Shown: piece by piece, positions 55,949-64,000 of the stretch
How the letters are laid out: the number at the start of each line of letters is the position of its first letter
How positions within the stretch are numbered: position 1 is the first letter of the stretch
Assembly (NCBI GenBank): GCA_900759105.1
Contig: CAAETY010000147.1
Coordinates: 7,431-71,430, forward strand
Origin: Peptococcaceae bacterium
GTDB taxonomy: Bacteria; Bacillota; Peptococcia; Peptococcales; Peptococcaceae
DNA length: 64,000 bases
Reading direction: 5' to 3'
Notes under the pieces: generated by a model
The model's database searches: none
What the model was told of the DNA's origin: nothing
The model's input: the letters and a program-made list of their open reading frames with translations, nothing else
Translations under genes and position numbers: made by a program

Positions 55949-57349
55949 GCTCTTCACGGATTTCGGTTGGAAAATAAAATAATTACAAAAACACGAGCAT
56001 GCCTCATACTGTAAGTATCCACACAAACCAGTAAAGGGAGGACATGCTCGTGTTTGATTTAGAGTTTAATGAACTAGACATGCTTTGTCAAGATAACCAC
56101 AGAGATGATACTTCTATAATTGTACAACCCGAAAAACATTCTATACCTTCTTCCTGTCCGCATTGTGGTTCTAAAATGTATCGTCATGGACTATATACGA
56201 GAAAATTGAAAGATATGCCCGTTTATCCAGATACTTCCTATACACTGATTATTAAAGCACAACGTTACCGTTGTCCACATTGTGGTTGTTCTATACGGCA
56301 GGAAATTTCTCATCGTTATCCAGGTACTAATATCACCAAACGTGCAGCTGCTTGGATTAAAGCTTCTTTGAACGCTAAATTTCCGGTGTCTCAGATTGAA
56401 GATATTACAGGAATTCATTGGGATACTATTCGTAAAATTCAAGAGGAACTCATTTCTCAAGCATTGAATGAGTATGAAAATTTACAGGTTAAAAACGGAT
56501 ATAAACCAAAGTATCTTGCAATAGATGAATTTGCGATTCGTAAAATGCACAAGTACGCTACTTGTGTCATGGATTTAGAAAAGGGGCATGTTATTTGGGC
56601 AGGATTAGGTAGAGCAAAGGCAGATTTTGAATATTTCTTCAAGGATATCCCTACATCTTATCTCGAACAAGTCGAGGTAGTTGCTATGGATATGAACGCT
56701 TCCTACAATCTTCTTGTTGAACAATATTTGCCACAAGCAACGATTGTCTATGATTGTTATCATATGCAAGCACAATTTGGAAAAGTGGTGCTTGGAGAAA
56801 CTCGTTTGGAAGCTGTCAAAGCACATCGCAAACAGGCTGAGCAACTCACTACACAAGCTGCGTGTGAAACGCAGGATGAAACAAGAAAAGTGTTGAAAGC
56901 ACAAGCCAAAGAAGAAAAACGAATATCAAGTCTACTCAAGAACAGTAAACAGCTCAAGGATAGTGAACAACAAAAATTAGCAACCATAGTGGAAAGCCAC
57001 GAAGAAGTGGCTATTTGCTATGCGATGAAAGAAGAAATGATGCGATTATATGAATTGAGAGATGAACAACAAGCGAGAACTGAATGGTTAAATTGGTTTG
57101 TGGCAGCAAAAGCAAGTGGTATTCCTGCCCTAGTAAAGTTTGCACAGTTAAAAGAAAAACGCTTACTGGGATTAGTCGCACATGCGACTATCCCGATAAG
57201 CACAGGTAAATTAGAAGGATTCAACAACGTTATACAGACTGCCAAGAGAACTGCTTATGGTTATCTGAATAATGAATTCTTCCTTAGGCTGATAAGATAT
57301 CTATCGCTACCGAAGGGATGAATTCCAATCGAAATCCGCGATGAACCAA
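55949..57349 (+). mobile_element. ISL3-family insertion sequence
   Basis: Terminal imperfect 25-bp inverted repeats GGCTCTTCACGGATTTCGGTTGGAA (55949-55973) and GGTTCATCGCGGATTTCGATTGGAA (reverse complement of 57325-57349) bracket the transposase ORF. Confidence 0.8.
56044..57321 (+). CDS. ISL3 family transposase
   Basis: 425 aa; N-terminal zinc-finger (CPHCGS...CPHCGC) and a DDE domain of ISL3 type. Confidence 0.9.
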   Translation: MLVFDLEFNELDMLCQDNHRDDTSIIVQPEKHSIPSSCPHCGSKMYRHGLYTRKLKDMPVYPDTSYTLIIKAQRYRCPHCGCSIRQEISHRYPGTNITKRAAAWIKASLNAKFPVSQIEDITGIHWDTIRKIQEELISQALNEYENLQVKNGYKPKYLAIDEFAIRKMHKYATCVMDLEKGHVIWAGLGRAKADFEYFFKDIPTSYLEQVEVVAMDMNASYNLLVEQYLPQATIVYDCYHMQAQFGKVVLGETRLEAVKAHRKQAEQLTTQAACETQDETRKVLKAQAKEEKRISSLLKNSKQLKDSEQQKLATIVESHEEVAICYAMKEEMMRLYELRDEQQARTEWLNWFVAAKASGIPALVKFAQLKEKRLLGLVAHATIPISTGKLEGFNNVIQTAKRTAYGYLNNEFFLRLIRYLSLPKG

Positions 57350-57355
57350 AAAAGG

Positions 57356-57384
57356 ACCCTGTTTCCTATCGTGGGAAACAGGGT
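57356..57384. repeat. 29-bp direct repeat (right copy); also the terminator hairpin for the minus-strand Fe-S oxidoreductase gene
   Basis: Identical to 54474-54502. Confidence 0.9.
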
Positions 57385-57393
57385 TCTTTTACG

Positions 57394-58602
57394 TTACAGC
57401 ACTTGGCTGATATGCAAAACCTTCAAATCCTTGTGGCGTTGCTCGAGCTTGCCGAGCTGCATCAAGCAGCTTGGACATTCTGCTACGACAATGTCAGCGC
57501 CGGTGGCTTTGAAATCTTGGTATTTCTTTTCGAGGATTTTTGCGGAGGTATCCGGGAAATCAAGCTGGAAGGTGCCGGCGCCGCCACAGCACATAGTGGT
57601 GTTGGCAGCAGGCAGATACGTCACAGCTTGCTCCAACAGGGCTTGCGGCTCTTTGTGAATGCCTTGGCCACGGTTAAGGTGGCAGGAGGCGTGATAGGTT
57701 ACGCGCAATTCCTTGTGGGGGGTTGGTGTATAGCCCACCGCATAGAGGTATTCGCTCAGACCCATGACTTTCTTGCTAAAGGCACGGGCGCGGTTTTTCA
57801 TAGCCGGGTCATCGCTAAACAAATCGCCGTATTCCTTGAGCATGGCGCCACAGCTGCCGCAATCGGTAACAATCAAATCATAGTCCTCGAGCGCGGCGAT
57901 GTTCCTTTTGGCGAGGGCCTTGGCTTCATCGGTCATCCCATGGGAATGCTGCGGAAGCCCACAGCAATCCACCGTAGGAACCTCGGTGGTGCGGCCTGTT
58001 TTTTCCAATAGCGCTACGCTTGCTGAAGCAGCATCCGGGAAGAAGAGCTTCATGGCGCAGCCCTTGAAATAGGCAATGCGCTTGACATTGCTGACATCCA
58101 CATCGCTTCGTGGTGCCACCTTGTTGAAGTTAGCCGGGCCGCCGCTAATCGGTGCCTTGTGGTTTGTTGGCAAAAGGCCGCGCGTCAGGCGTGGAAATTG
58201 CAGGGTTTGCGCCAAGGCAATGGCCGGACGTCCGATTGTTTTGAGGGGACGATTGGCCATCCCGCTGCCGACAAGGCGTGTTTTCAGCGGTAGCCCGTAA
58301 TCATCGCGCAACCATTGGCGCACTTCAATCATGGCTTGGTCGGTCATGACCTTGCCCGGGCAAACCTCGGTGCAAGCTTTGCAAAGCAAGCAATAATCAA
58401 GGGCTTCACGCAATGCTTTTTCACCGCCGTCGAGCTTCCCTTCCAAAAAGGCGCGGGCAATCGCAATTTTGCCGCGGGCAGCGGCACGATCAATGTGATT
58501 GACCTTGTAGAGGGGGCAGACCGTGGTGCAGGCGCCGCAACGGTCGCATTTTTCGACGATGGCTTTGAGTTTTTCGGTGTGTTCGTGGTTCATGGCACTC
58601 AC
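57394..58602 (-). CDS. (Fe-S)-binding oxidoreductase subunit, GlcF/LutA-like (two 4Fe-4S motifs plus two CCG domains)
   Basis: C-x2-C-x2-C-x3-CP motifs (CDRCGACTTVCP; CLLCKACTEVCP) and two CCG-type Cys clusters. Confidence 0.75.
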   Translation of the reverse strand: MSAMNHEHTEKLKAIVEKCDRCGACTTVCPLYKVNHIDRAAARGKIAIARAFLEGKLDGGEKALREALDYCLLCKACTEVCPGKVMTDQAMIEVRQWLRDDYGLPLKTRLVGSGMANRPLKTIGRPAIALAQTLQFPRLTRGLLPTNHKAPISGGPANFNKVAPRSDVDVSNVKRIAYFKGCAMKLFFPDAASASVALLEKTGRTTEVPTVDCCGLPQHSHGMTDEAKALAKRNIAALEDYDLIVTDCGSCGAMLKEYGDLFSDDPAMKNRARAFSKKVMGLSEYLYAVGYTPTPHKELRVTYHASCHLNRGQGIHKEPQALLEQAVTYLPAANTTMCCGGAGTFQLDFPDTSAKILEKKYQDFKATGADIVVAECPSCLMQLGKLEQRHKDLKVLHISQVL

Positions 58603-59999
58603 CGATTAAAAATCTTGCCCGGATTTAAGATATTATTGGGATCAAGCGCCTTTTTGATCACCATAGAAGCATCAATTACCGTTTTTTCAAGGGCAATCTC
58701 AATGTATGGCTGTTTGGAAATGCCAATGCCGTGCTCCCCACTGAGCATGCCACCGCAATCAACGGCGGCTTGGAAAATTTCGCCCACACATTCATGCACC
58801 TTTTCCTTCATACCCGGCTGGGACAAATCAGTCAAGATGGATGGATGCAAATTGCCGTCACCGGCGTGGCCAAAAATAGAAACCATGAAGCCATAGCGGT
58901 TGCAGATTTCGACAATCTTTTTGGAAATAGCAGGCAATTCAGAGCGTGGCACAGTGATGTCTTCGCCCACACGGTCCGGTGCCAACACCTTGATTGCAGT
59001 GCTGAGCTTGTTACGCAGGCTCCACAGGCGTGTGCGTTCGGCATCGCTTGCAGCAAGAGTGAAATCGAGGGCGCCGTCGGCGCGGCAAACGTCCTCAAGG
59101 GTTTGCATGTCACTGGCGCAAATTTCCTCCGTGGCACCGTCAAGGTCAAAGACGAGCATCGCTCCTACCTCCGGTGCAATCGGAAAATCGTTAAACTTGG
59201 CGGTGGCGTCACAGCTGAGCTTGTCCATCAGCTCAGCCGCTGTTGGCGTAACGCCGCTGCGCAAGCAATCGCCCACAGCGGTGCAGGCATCCTCTACTGT
59301 GCGGAAGGTGGCAATGGCACTGCGCACATATTTTGGACGACCGATGACCTTGAGGGTTGCTTCGGTGATAATGCCCAAGGTTCCCTCAGACCCCACAAAA
59401 AGTTGGGTCAAGTTGTAGCCCGTTACATTCTTGATAAGCTTGCCGCCGGTATGGATGATATCGCCGTTTGCGAGTACTACCTCCAGCCCGACCACGTAGT
59501 CGCTGGTCACACCGTATTTAACCGCACGAATACCGCCGGCATTTTCAGCGATGTTACCGCCAATGGTAGAGTAGAGATAAGAAGAAGGTTCCGGTGGATA
59601 GTAGAGCCCATTGTCCGCACAGAACTCGTGCAGTACCTTGGTGCGAACCCCCGGTTGCACACGAACCATGAGATTTTTTTCGTCCAGTTCGAGGATTTGA
59701 TCCATTTCATCCAAGCTGAGCACAATCCCGCCTTGCACGGGAATGCTTCCACCGCTGCGACCACTGCCGGTACCGCGGCAAACCACCGGAATGCGGTGGG
59801 CATTGGCATACCGTAGCAGCTGAGATACCTCCTGGGTGGTGTGCGCCTTGCAAACAAAATCCGGCGTTTGCGCCACATCAAGCTCCTCAGGTGAAGCATC
59901 GTAGCTGTAGCCAAAGCAATCGAGTGGCTCGTGAAGCACACGCTCTTTGCCGAAAATATCTTGTAACGCATGTAAATGCGCAGGTTTGTTATCAATCAT
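58599..59999 (-). CDS. FAD-linked oxidase (GlcD / D-lactate dehydrogenase-like)
   Basis: FAD-binding PCMH domain (RGTGSGRSGG) plus FAD-oxidase C-terminal domain; 4-nt overlap with the Fe-S subunit. Start assigned to MIDNK, since the upstream ATGs sit on a TATAAT box with no RBS. Confidence 0.75.
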   Translation of the reverse strand: MIDNKPAHLHALQDIFGKERVLHEPLDCFGYSYDASPEELDVAQTPDFVCKAHTTQEVSQLLRYANAHRIPVVCRGTGSGRSGGSIPVQGGIVLSLDEMDQILELDEKNLMVRVQPGVRTKVLHEFCADNGLYYPPEPSSYLYSTIGGNIAENAGGIRAVKYGVTSDYVVGLEVVLANGDIIHTGGKLIKNVTGYNLTQLFVGSEGTLGIITEATLKVIGRPKYVRSAIATFRTVEDACTAVGDCLRSGVTPTAAELMDKLSCDATAKFNDFPIAPEVGAMLVFDLDGATEEICASDMQTLEDVCRADGALDFTLAASDAERTRLWSLRNKLSTAIKVLAPDRVGEDITVPRSELPAISKKIVEICNRYGFMVSIFGHAGDGNLHPSILTDLSQPGMKEKVHECVGEIFQAAVDCGGMLSGEHGIGISKQPYIEIALEKTVIDASMVIKKALDPNNILNPGKIFNR

Positions 60000-60286
60000 G
60001 CGAATCCGACCTTTCATATAATGATGGAATTTGCTAGGGTTCATTATACCACTGTTGGGTGGGGATAGATGTAAGGAATTTTGTTAAGAAACAGTATAAA
60101 TGGCGTTTGCTGTGTGTTTTGCCCATGAAGGATATTTATGATATCAGAACATAATGCGTGAGTATAAAATATAAGCATTTTGTGAATAAATGAGCTTGTT
60201 ATAGCCTGTGTGTGTGCGCTATGGTATAATAGACTTATATAAATAGTAAGAAAATTTTGCCAAAACGCATGAGAGGAGAGAGAACA

Positions 60287-61879
60287 ATGAAAAGGTCTTT
60301 TTTAACAAGCCTATGCCTGGGTGCGGCATTGGTTGTGGCAGCGATGCTTCCGCAAGCCGGCTGGGCGGCAAGTATAGACGTCAATGGGCACGTGATTGAC
60401 AAGGGGGTAGAAATTGTCAAAGGCACCACCATGATGGATCAAGCCAATTTGCAAGATGTGATGAAACTCAACGTGAAGCTGGACAAAAAAGCATTTACCC
60501 TCAAAAATGACGATGCAACCGTCATCATCGAAGGTACCGTTGGGCAAAAGTCCATGACTGTGAATGGCAAAAAGGTCAGCTTGTCTGCAGCATCAATTGT
60601 GAAGGACGGAAAGCTCTGGTTGCCACTTCGTCCACTGATGGAAACCTTCGGCACAGTTGATTGGGATGGCAGCAGCAAGCGCGTGCGTGCGTATTTTGAC
60701 TATACCGCATACAACAAGCTCAAAGATGCCAAGGAAGCCAAAAACACCGTTAAATATGAAATTCCGGCAAACAGCGGTATGGGCTGGGATGAGTCCGATT
60801 ACGCTATTGATTGTGATGAAACCCTCGGCGTTCTTCGAGAGGTCTACAAGAACAATAATCTCGTAAGCATTAATAACGGCGCCGGTCCGGTGATTCAAGT
60901 GGTCCATGATACGTACAAAATTATCCCGGTGGATACCGGACATGCTGCATACTATGTCGATGAAGAGGCGCTTGTGTGGCAAGAACGCCCGGCGTTCACG
61001 CCAACTGACCAAGACCGCATCTACCTGTATATCCAAGCGCGCAAGGACGGTGCCAAGCCGGTTTGCGTGGAGGAATGTGCCGTTAACAACGCCACTGCTC
61101 GTATCAACGATGCGTTTTACAACAACGGTAAACTGATTTGGAGCGTCGTTGAAGATGATAAGCAGCAAGTCACCATCAAATACTACGACGTTGACACCGA
61201 AAAAACCGTGGTGCTCGATGAAATCAGTATGCCAAATATCGTTAAATATGGATTCTGTATGGCAGCTGTCAGCATCGGTGATCATTATGCGGCCGCTGTT
61301 GTGCAGGTTGCTAGCATGGATATTGGCGATTGCGGGGACCTGTATCGTTATGACCTTGAAACCGGCGAGAAAAAAGCCATTGGCCGCGGCTACAATATGA
61401 AAAAGCCGGAAATCTATGGCGACAATTTGATGGTTGTTGCAACATCCGGTGGCTTTGAAATGAAGTCTGAATCCGTTGTTGTGCCATCCGACCTTTGGTG
61501 CTATGACCTTCAAAAGGATGAATGGCGTTACAAAGTCAGCGCCAACCTTCCAAGCCTGCCAAAGGGCGACTATCAACAGCGCACGCCAATGCGTCTGAAT
61601 GACAATCATCTGGCATTGAACCTCTATGGTGCGGATCGTGCCTATGATTTCACCATTCTCGATGTCGATAAAGGCACTGTGGCCGTCGCTGAAAACCAAA
61701 AGGGACGCGCCCTGCGCACCATCGGACAAGGCTCCCTTGAAAATGCCCTCGATACCGAGGAGACCGTGTTGTGCGACATCCGCCCATGCAGAAAGGGTAA
61801 CGTTGCCTACGCCACGGTTGCAAGCGTTGTCAAAGAAAATCTGCAGCTGACTGTGTATCCGATTTACTTTGAATGGTAA
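60287..61879 (+). CDS. secreted protein with N-terminal copper-amine-oxidase-N (stalk) domain and a large C-terminal domain
   Basis: AGGAG RBS; signal peptide; LWLPLRPLMETFGTVDWD stalk motif. Confidence 0.55.
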   Translation: MKRSFLTSLCLGAALVVAAMLPQAGWAASIDVNGHVIDKGVEIVKGTTMMDQANLQDVMKLNVKLDKKAFTLKNDDATVIIEGTVGQKSMTVNGKKVSLSAASIVKDGKLWLPLRPLMETFGTVDWDGSSKRVRAYFDYTAYNKLKDAKEAKNTVKYEIPANSGMGWDESDYAIDCDETLGVLREVYKNNNLVSINNGAGPVIQVVHDTYKIIPVDTGHAAYYVDEEALVWQERPAFTPTDQDRIYLYIQARKDGAKPVCVEECAVNNATARINDAFYNNGKLIWSVVEDDKQQVTIKYYDVDTEKTVVLDEISMPNIVKYGFCMAAVSIGDHYAAAVVQVASMDIGDCGDLYRYDLETGEKKAIGRGYNMKKPEIYGDNLMVVATSGGFEMKSESVVVPSDLWCYDLQKDEWRYKVSANLPSLPKGDYQQRTPMRLNDNHLALNLYGADRAYDFTILDVDKGTVAVAENQKGRALRTIGQGSLENALDTEETVLCDIRPCRKGNVAYATVASVVKENLQLTVYPIYFEW

Positions 61880-61975
61880 TGCTGCCGTTCTTGGTGAAAA
61901 AAATGACAGCGAGTACATTCAAGGAGATATCGAAGCACCAATACTCGTGATTGAATGATAAAGAGGAGAAATGAG

Positions 61976-62146
61976 ATGATTGCATTGTTGTATGCCTTGT
62001 TTACAGCGCTGATGCTTTGCTTGATTTTCATGCGTGTGCGCGATGAACGGTTGACGCTTTCTGATGAAATCAAGGCGTTGCAAAATGAAGTGGCTGCCTT
62101 GCGTAAGGAACTCGAGCAGAATCAGACGACTCAGAATCAACAATAA
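61976..62146 (+). CDS. small membrane protein with C-terminal coiled coil
   Basis: 56 aa from the ATG at 61976 (RBS AGGAGA); one TM helix, then LQNEVAALRKELEQ. Confidence 0.4.
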   Translation: MIALLYALFTALMLCLIFMRVRDERLTLSDEIKALQNEVAALRKELEQNQTTQNQQ

Positions 62147-62155
62147 CTATACCCA

Positions 62156-62191
62156 AAAAGAAAAGCACCTTGCGATTGCAAGGTGCTTTTT
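62156..62191. terminator. bidirectional rho-independent terminator
   Basis: GCACCTTGC-gatt-GCAAGGTGC hairpin flanked by an A-run and a T-run. Confidence 0.8.
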
Positions 62192-62197
62192 ATGTGC

Positions 62198-63091
62198 TTA
62201 TTTGTCGGTGCGTGGTTTGCCCCAATAGAAGAGTGCCACACAGCCCGGACCGCTGTGACTGCTAAAGGTCACGCCCAGCGGACGGATTTGCAAATCGGAA
62301 AGGTTTGGCACTTTTTCGCGGATGAGAGCGGCGGTTTCCATGGCCAGCGCCGGATCCGTATGAGAAATAATCAGCTTGCCGCGGTAGTTAAAACCGCCGA
62401 CAGCGAGCTCACCAATGTGTTCCACGGCACGTTGCACCGCTTTTTTCTTGGTGCGGATTTTGTCGCTCATGACAATGCGTCCCTTGGTGTCACCGACCAT
62501 GATGGGGCAAATCTTTATCTTTTGCGCCAAAAGCCCCACATAACGTGGAATGCGTCCGCCCTTGATAAAATGGGTCAAATCGTGGCTAAAGAAAAAGTGC
62601 TCCACCTCCAAACGGTGCTCTTCAATCCAATCGCGCACTTCTTCGATGTTTTTGCCGGCCTTGCGCATAAGCGCCGCTTCTTCGACAATCATCCCGTAAC
62701 CGCAGGAGCCGCCAAGGGAATCCACCACAATGACTTTGCGCTCCGGAAATTCCTCCATAAGATGATGCGCTGCTAAATTGGCTGCGTTGAACGTACCGGA
62801 CAAGCCACTGGATACGGTAATGTGCAAAATATTGCGCCCTGCTTCGAGGAAGGGACGAAAGAAATCTTTATATTCGCCGACACTGATTTGAGATGTTTTG
62901 ACATCACGACCGGCGCGCTGGGCATCCAAAAGTGCTTCGGCGCTCAAGGTTTGCCCGAAATCATCGAGGTAGTCTTTGCCGTCAAGAATGATATGGAAAT
63001 AAATGGTTTCGACATCAAGTGCCGCTAAGTCCTCTTTGGCGTAATCGACAGGGGAACAGCAGCTAATCACATAATTATTCAAGAAAGACAC
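62198..63091 (-). CDS. DegV family fatty-acid-binding protein
   Basis: 297 aa; DegV/EDD-fold N-terminus SPVDYAKE... and full-length architecture. Confidence 0.8.
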   Translation of the reverse strand: MSFLNNYVISCCSPVDYAKEDLAALDVETIYFHIILDGKDYLDDFGQTLSAEALLDAQRAGRDVKTSQISVGEYKDFFRPFLEAGRNILHITVSSGLSGTFNAANLAAHHLMEEFPERKVIVVDSLGGSCGYGMIVEEAALMRKAGKNIEEVRDWIEEHRLEVEHFFFSHDLTHFIKGGRIPRYVGLLAQKIKICPIMVGDTKGRIVMSDKIRTKKKAVQRAVEHIGELAVGGFNYRGKLIISHTDPALAMETAALIREKVPNLSDLQIRPLGVTFSSHSGPGCVALFYWGKPRTDK

Positions 63092-63301
63092 TCCGTTTCA
63101 TTTAGTGCTAAAGGTATACGCTATAGTATAACATTGTAATGGAGCGGTATATAGAAATCAATATGATTACAAATAATCTTGAAAATAAGATGAAAATCAC
63201 TGTCATTTTGTGTGAAGGGGGATTGACAAAGGCCTGTCGGGCTCGTATCATGAACATATGAACAAGTGCTCATATGTAAATATGAATGAGGTGAATGACG
63301 A

Positions 63302-63682
63302 ATGAATGTACAAGAACAAGAAAGCGTTGATGCTTGCAAAACCCACCACCAGCGTGAGGATTTTGTGGACCATACCAAACAAAATTTACCGGAATCCGGC
63401 GTTATCGGCGCCTTGGCAGAGCTTTTCAAAAGCCTGGGCGATCCAACGCGCGTGCGCATTTTGTGGGCATTGAGCCTGCACGAAATGTGCGTGTGTGAAT
63501 TGGCGTCATCGTTGGAAATGAATCAATCGGCGGTGAGCCATCAGCTGCGTTTGCTCAAAAACGCGCGCTTGGTGCGTGCGCGCCGTGAAGGGCGCAGTAT
63601 CTATTATTCCTTGGCAGACGCCCACGTATCCTTGCTCTTTTCTCAAGGGCTGGAACACGTTCAAGAAAGGAGGGAGGACTAA
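63302..63682 (+). CDS. ArsR/SmtB-family metalloregulator (CadC-like)
   Basis: HTH (ELASSLEMNQSAVSHQLRLL); CVC metal-sensing motif in alpha-4 (HEMCVCELA); N-terminal Cys. Confidence 0.8.
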   Translation: MNVQEQESVDACKTHHQREDFVDHTKQNLPESGVIGALAELFKSLGDPTRVRILWALSLHEMCVCELASSLEMNQSAVSHQLRLLKNARLVRARREGRSIYYSLADAHVSLLFSQGLEHVQERRED

Positions 63683-64000
63683 TGCGCTACAGCTATCGAT
63701 TGGACGGATTAAGCTGTGCCCATTGTGCCTCGGTCATTGAACGTGAGGTGCAGGGCTGGCAGGATGTCAAAAGTGCCAACTTAGATTTGATGAGCAACAA
63801 ATTGGTGGTAGAAACCGATACCGATGCACAGGCCTTTACAGAAAAGGTGAAGGACTGCGTGTATCGCATAGAATCCAAGGTCAAGGTGGTGCCGTTGGCC
63901 GGTGCGACAGTGGCAAAAGCACCACAAGGCGTGCATGACGCGCATCACACACACGACCACGCCCACACTCACGGTGATGGGTGCGATTGCGGCCAGGACC
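63682..64000 (+). CDS. heavy-metal-translocating P-type ATPase (CadA/ZntA-like), N-terminal part; continues beyond the window
   Basis: Manual translation: MRYSYRLDGLSCAHCASVIEREV... HMA domain with a CxxC motif, then a His-rich stretch and a CDCG motif; TAATG overlap with the arsR-family stop. Confidence 0.7.
   Translation, partial: MRYSYRLDGLSCAHCASVIEREVQGWQDVKSANLDLMSNKLVVETDTDAQAFTEKVKDCVYRIESKVKVVPLAGATVAKAPQGVHDAHHTHDHAHTHGDGCDCGQD

Noticed and set aside
60593-61918. 441-aa minus-strand ORF
   Set aside because: It is antisense to the secreted stalk-domain protein gene, which has an RBS and a signal peptide.

Overview
64-kb chromosomal segment, apparently from a gut-type Firmicutes anaerobe (about 50% GC, AGGAGG-type RBSs, many rho-independent terminators). 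Most of it is housekeeping and transport: isochorismatase/DNA-glycosylase pair, DAACS symporter, AzlCD, BrnQ, ackA, eukaryotic-type NADP-icd, NudC, SppA, murB, DegV, a GlcD/GlcF-like FAD/Fe-S oxidoreductase pair, a CadC-like regulator plus the start of a heavy-metal P-type ATPase, and a two-domain PPK2. The more unusual content is: (1) a T-box-controlled operon in which a PGDH homolog with a degenerate active site is followed by serS, an orphan SCIFF-type radical SAM/SPASM maturase with no precursor peptide found in this window (ATGA-coupled to pheA) and murB; (2) a 2.85-kb low-GC island carrying an ISL3 element, a secreted protein and a small membrane protein, bracketed by a perfect 29-bp direct repeat that doubles as the flanking terminators; (3) an aryl-sulfate sulfotransferase beside a 3alpha-HSD-like SDR and a KSI/NTF2-like protein; (4) tandem paralogous ion-transporter-superfamily permeases that each carry an identical TTAAC-N4-GTTAA palindrome and a conserved leader, next to a Crp/Fnr regulator; (5) a degenerate agr-like locus (LytTR regulator, AgrC-like kinase, truncated AgrB-like fragment) among secreted proteins sharing a copper-amine-oxidase-N (stalk) domain and a zinc-ribbon membrane protein; (6) PPK2 translationally coupled to an acidic/poly-lysine disordered protein; (7) a ZAS-type ECF sigma with a multi-pass anti-sigma, followed by three small flavoproteins; (8) two distinct short-repeat clusters (TGTGGAAAA boxes; TGTGACAAAT boxes) in intergenic regions. 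No rRNA, tRNA or CRISPR was seen.
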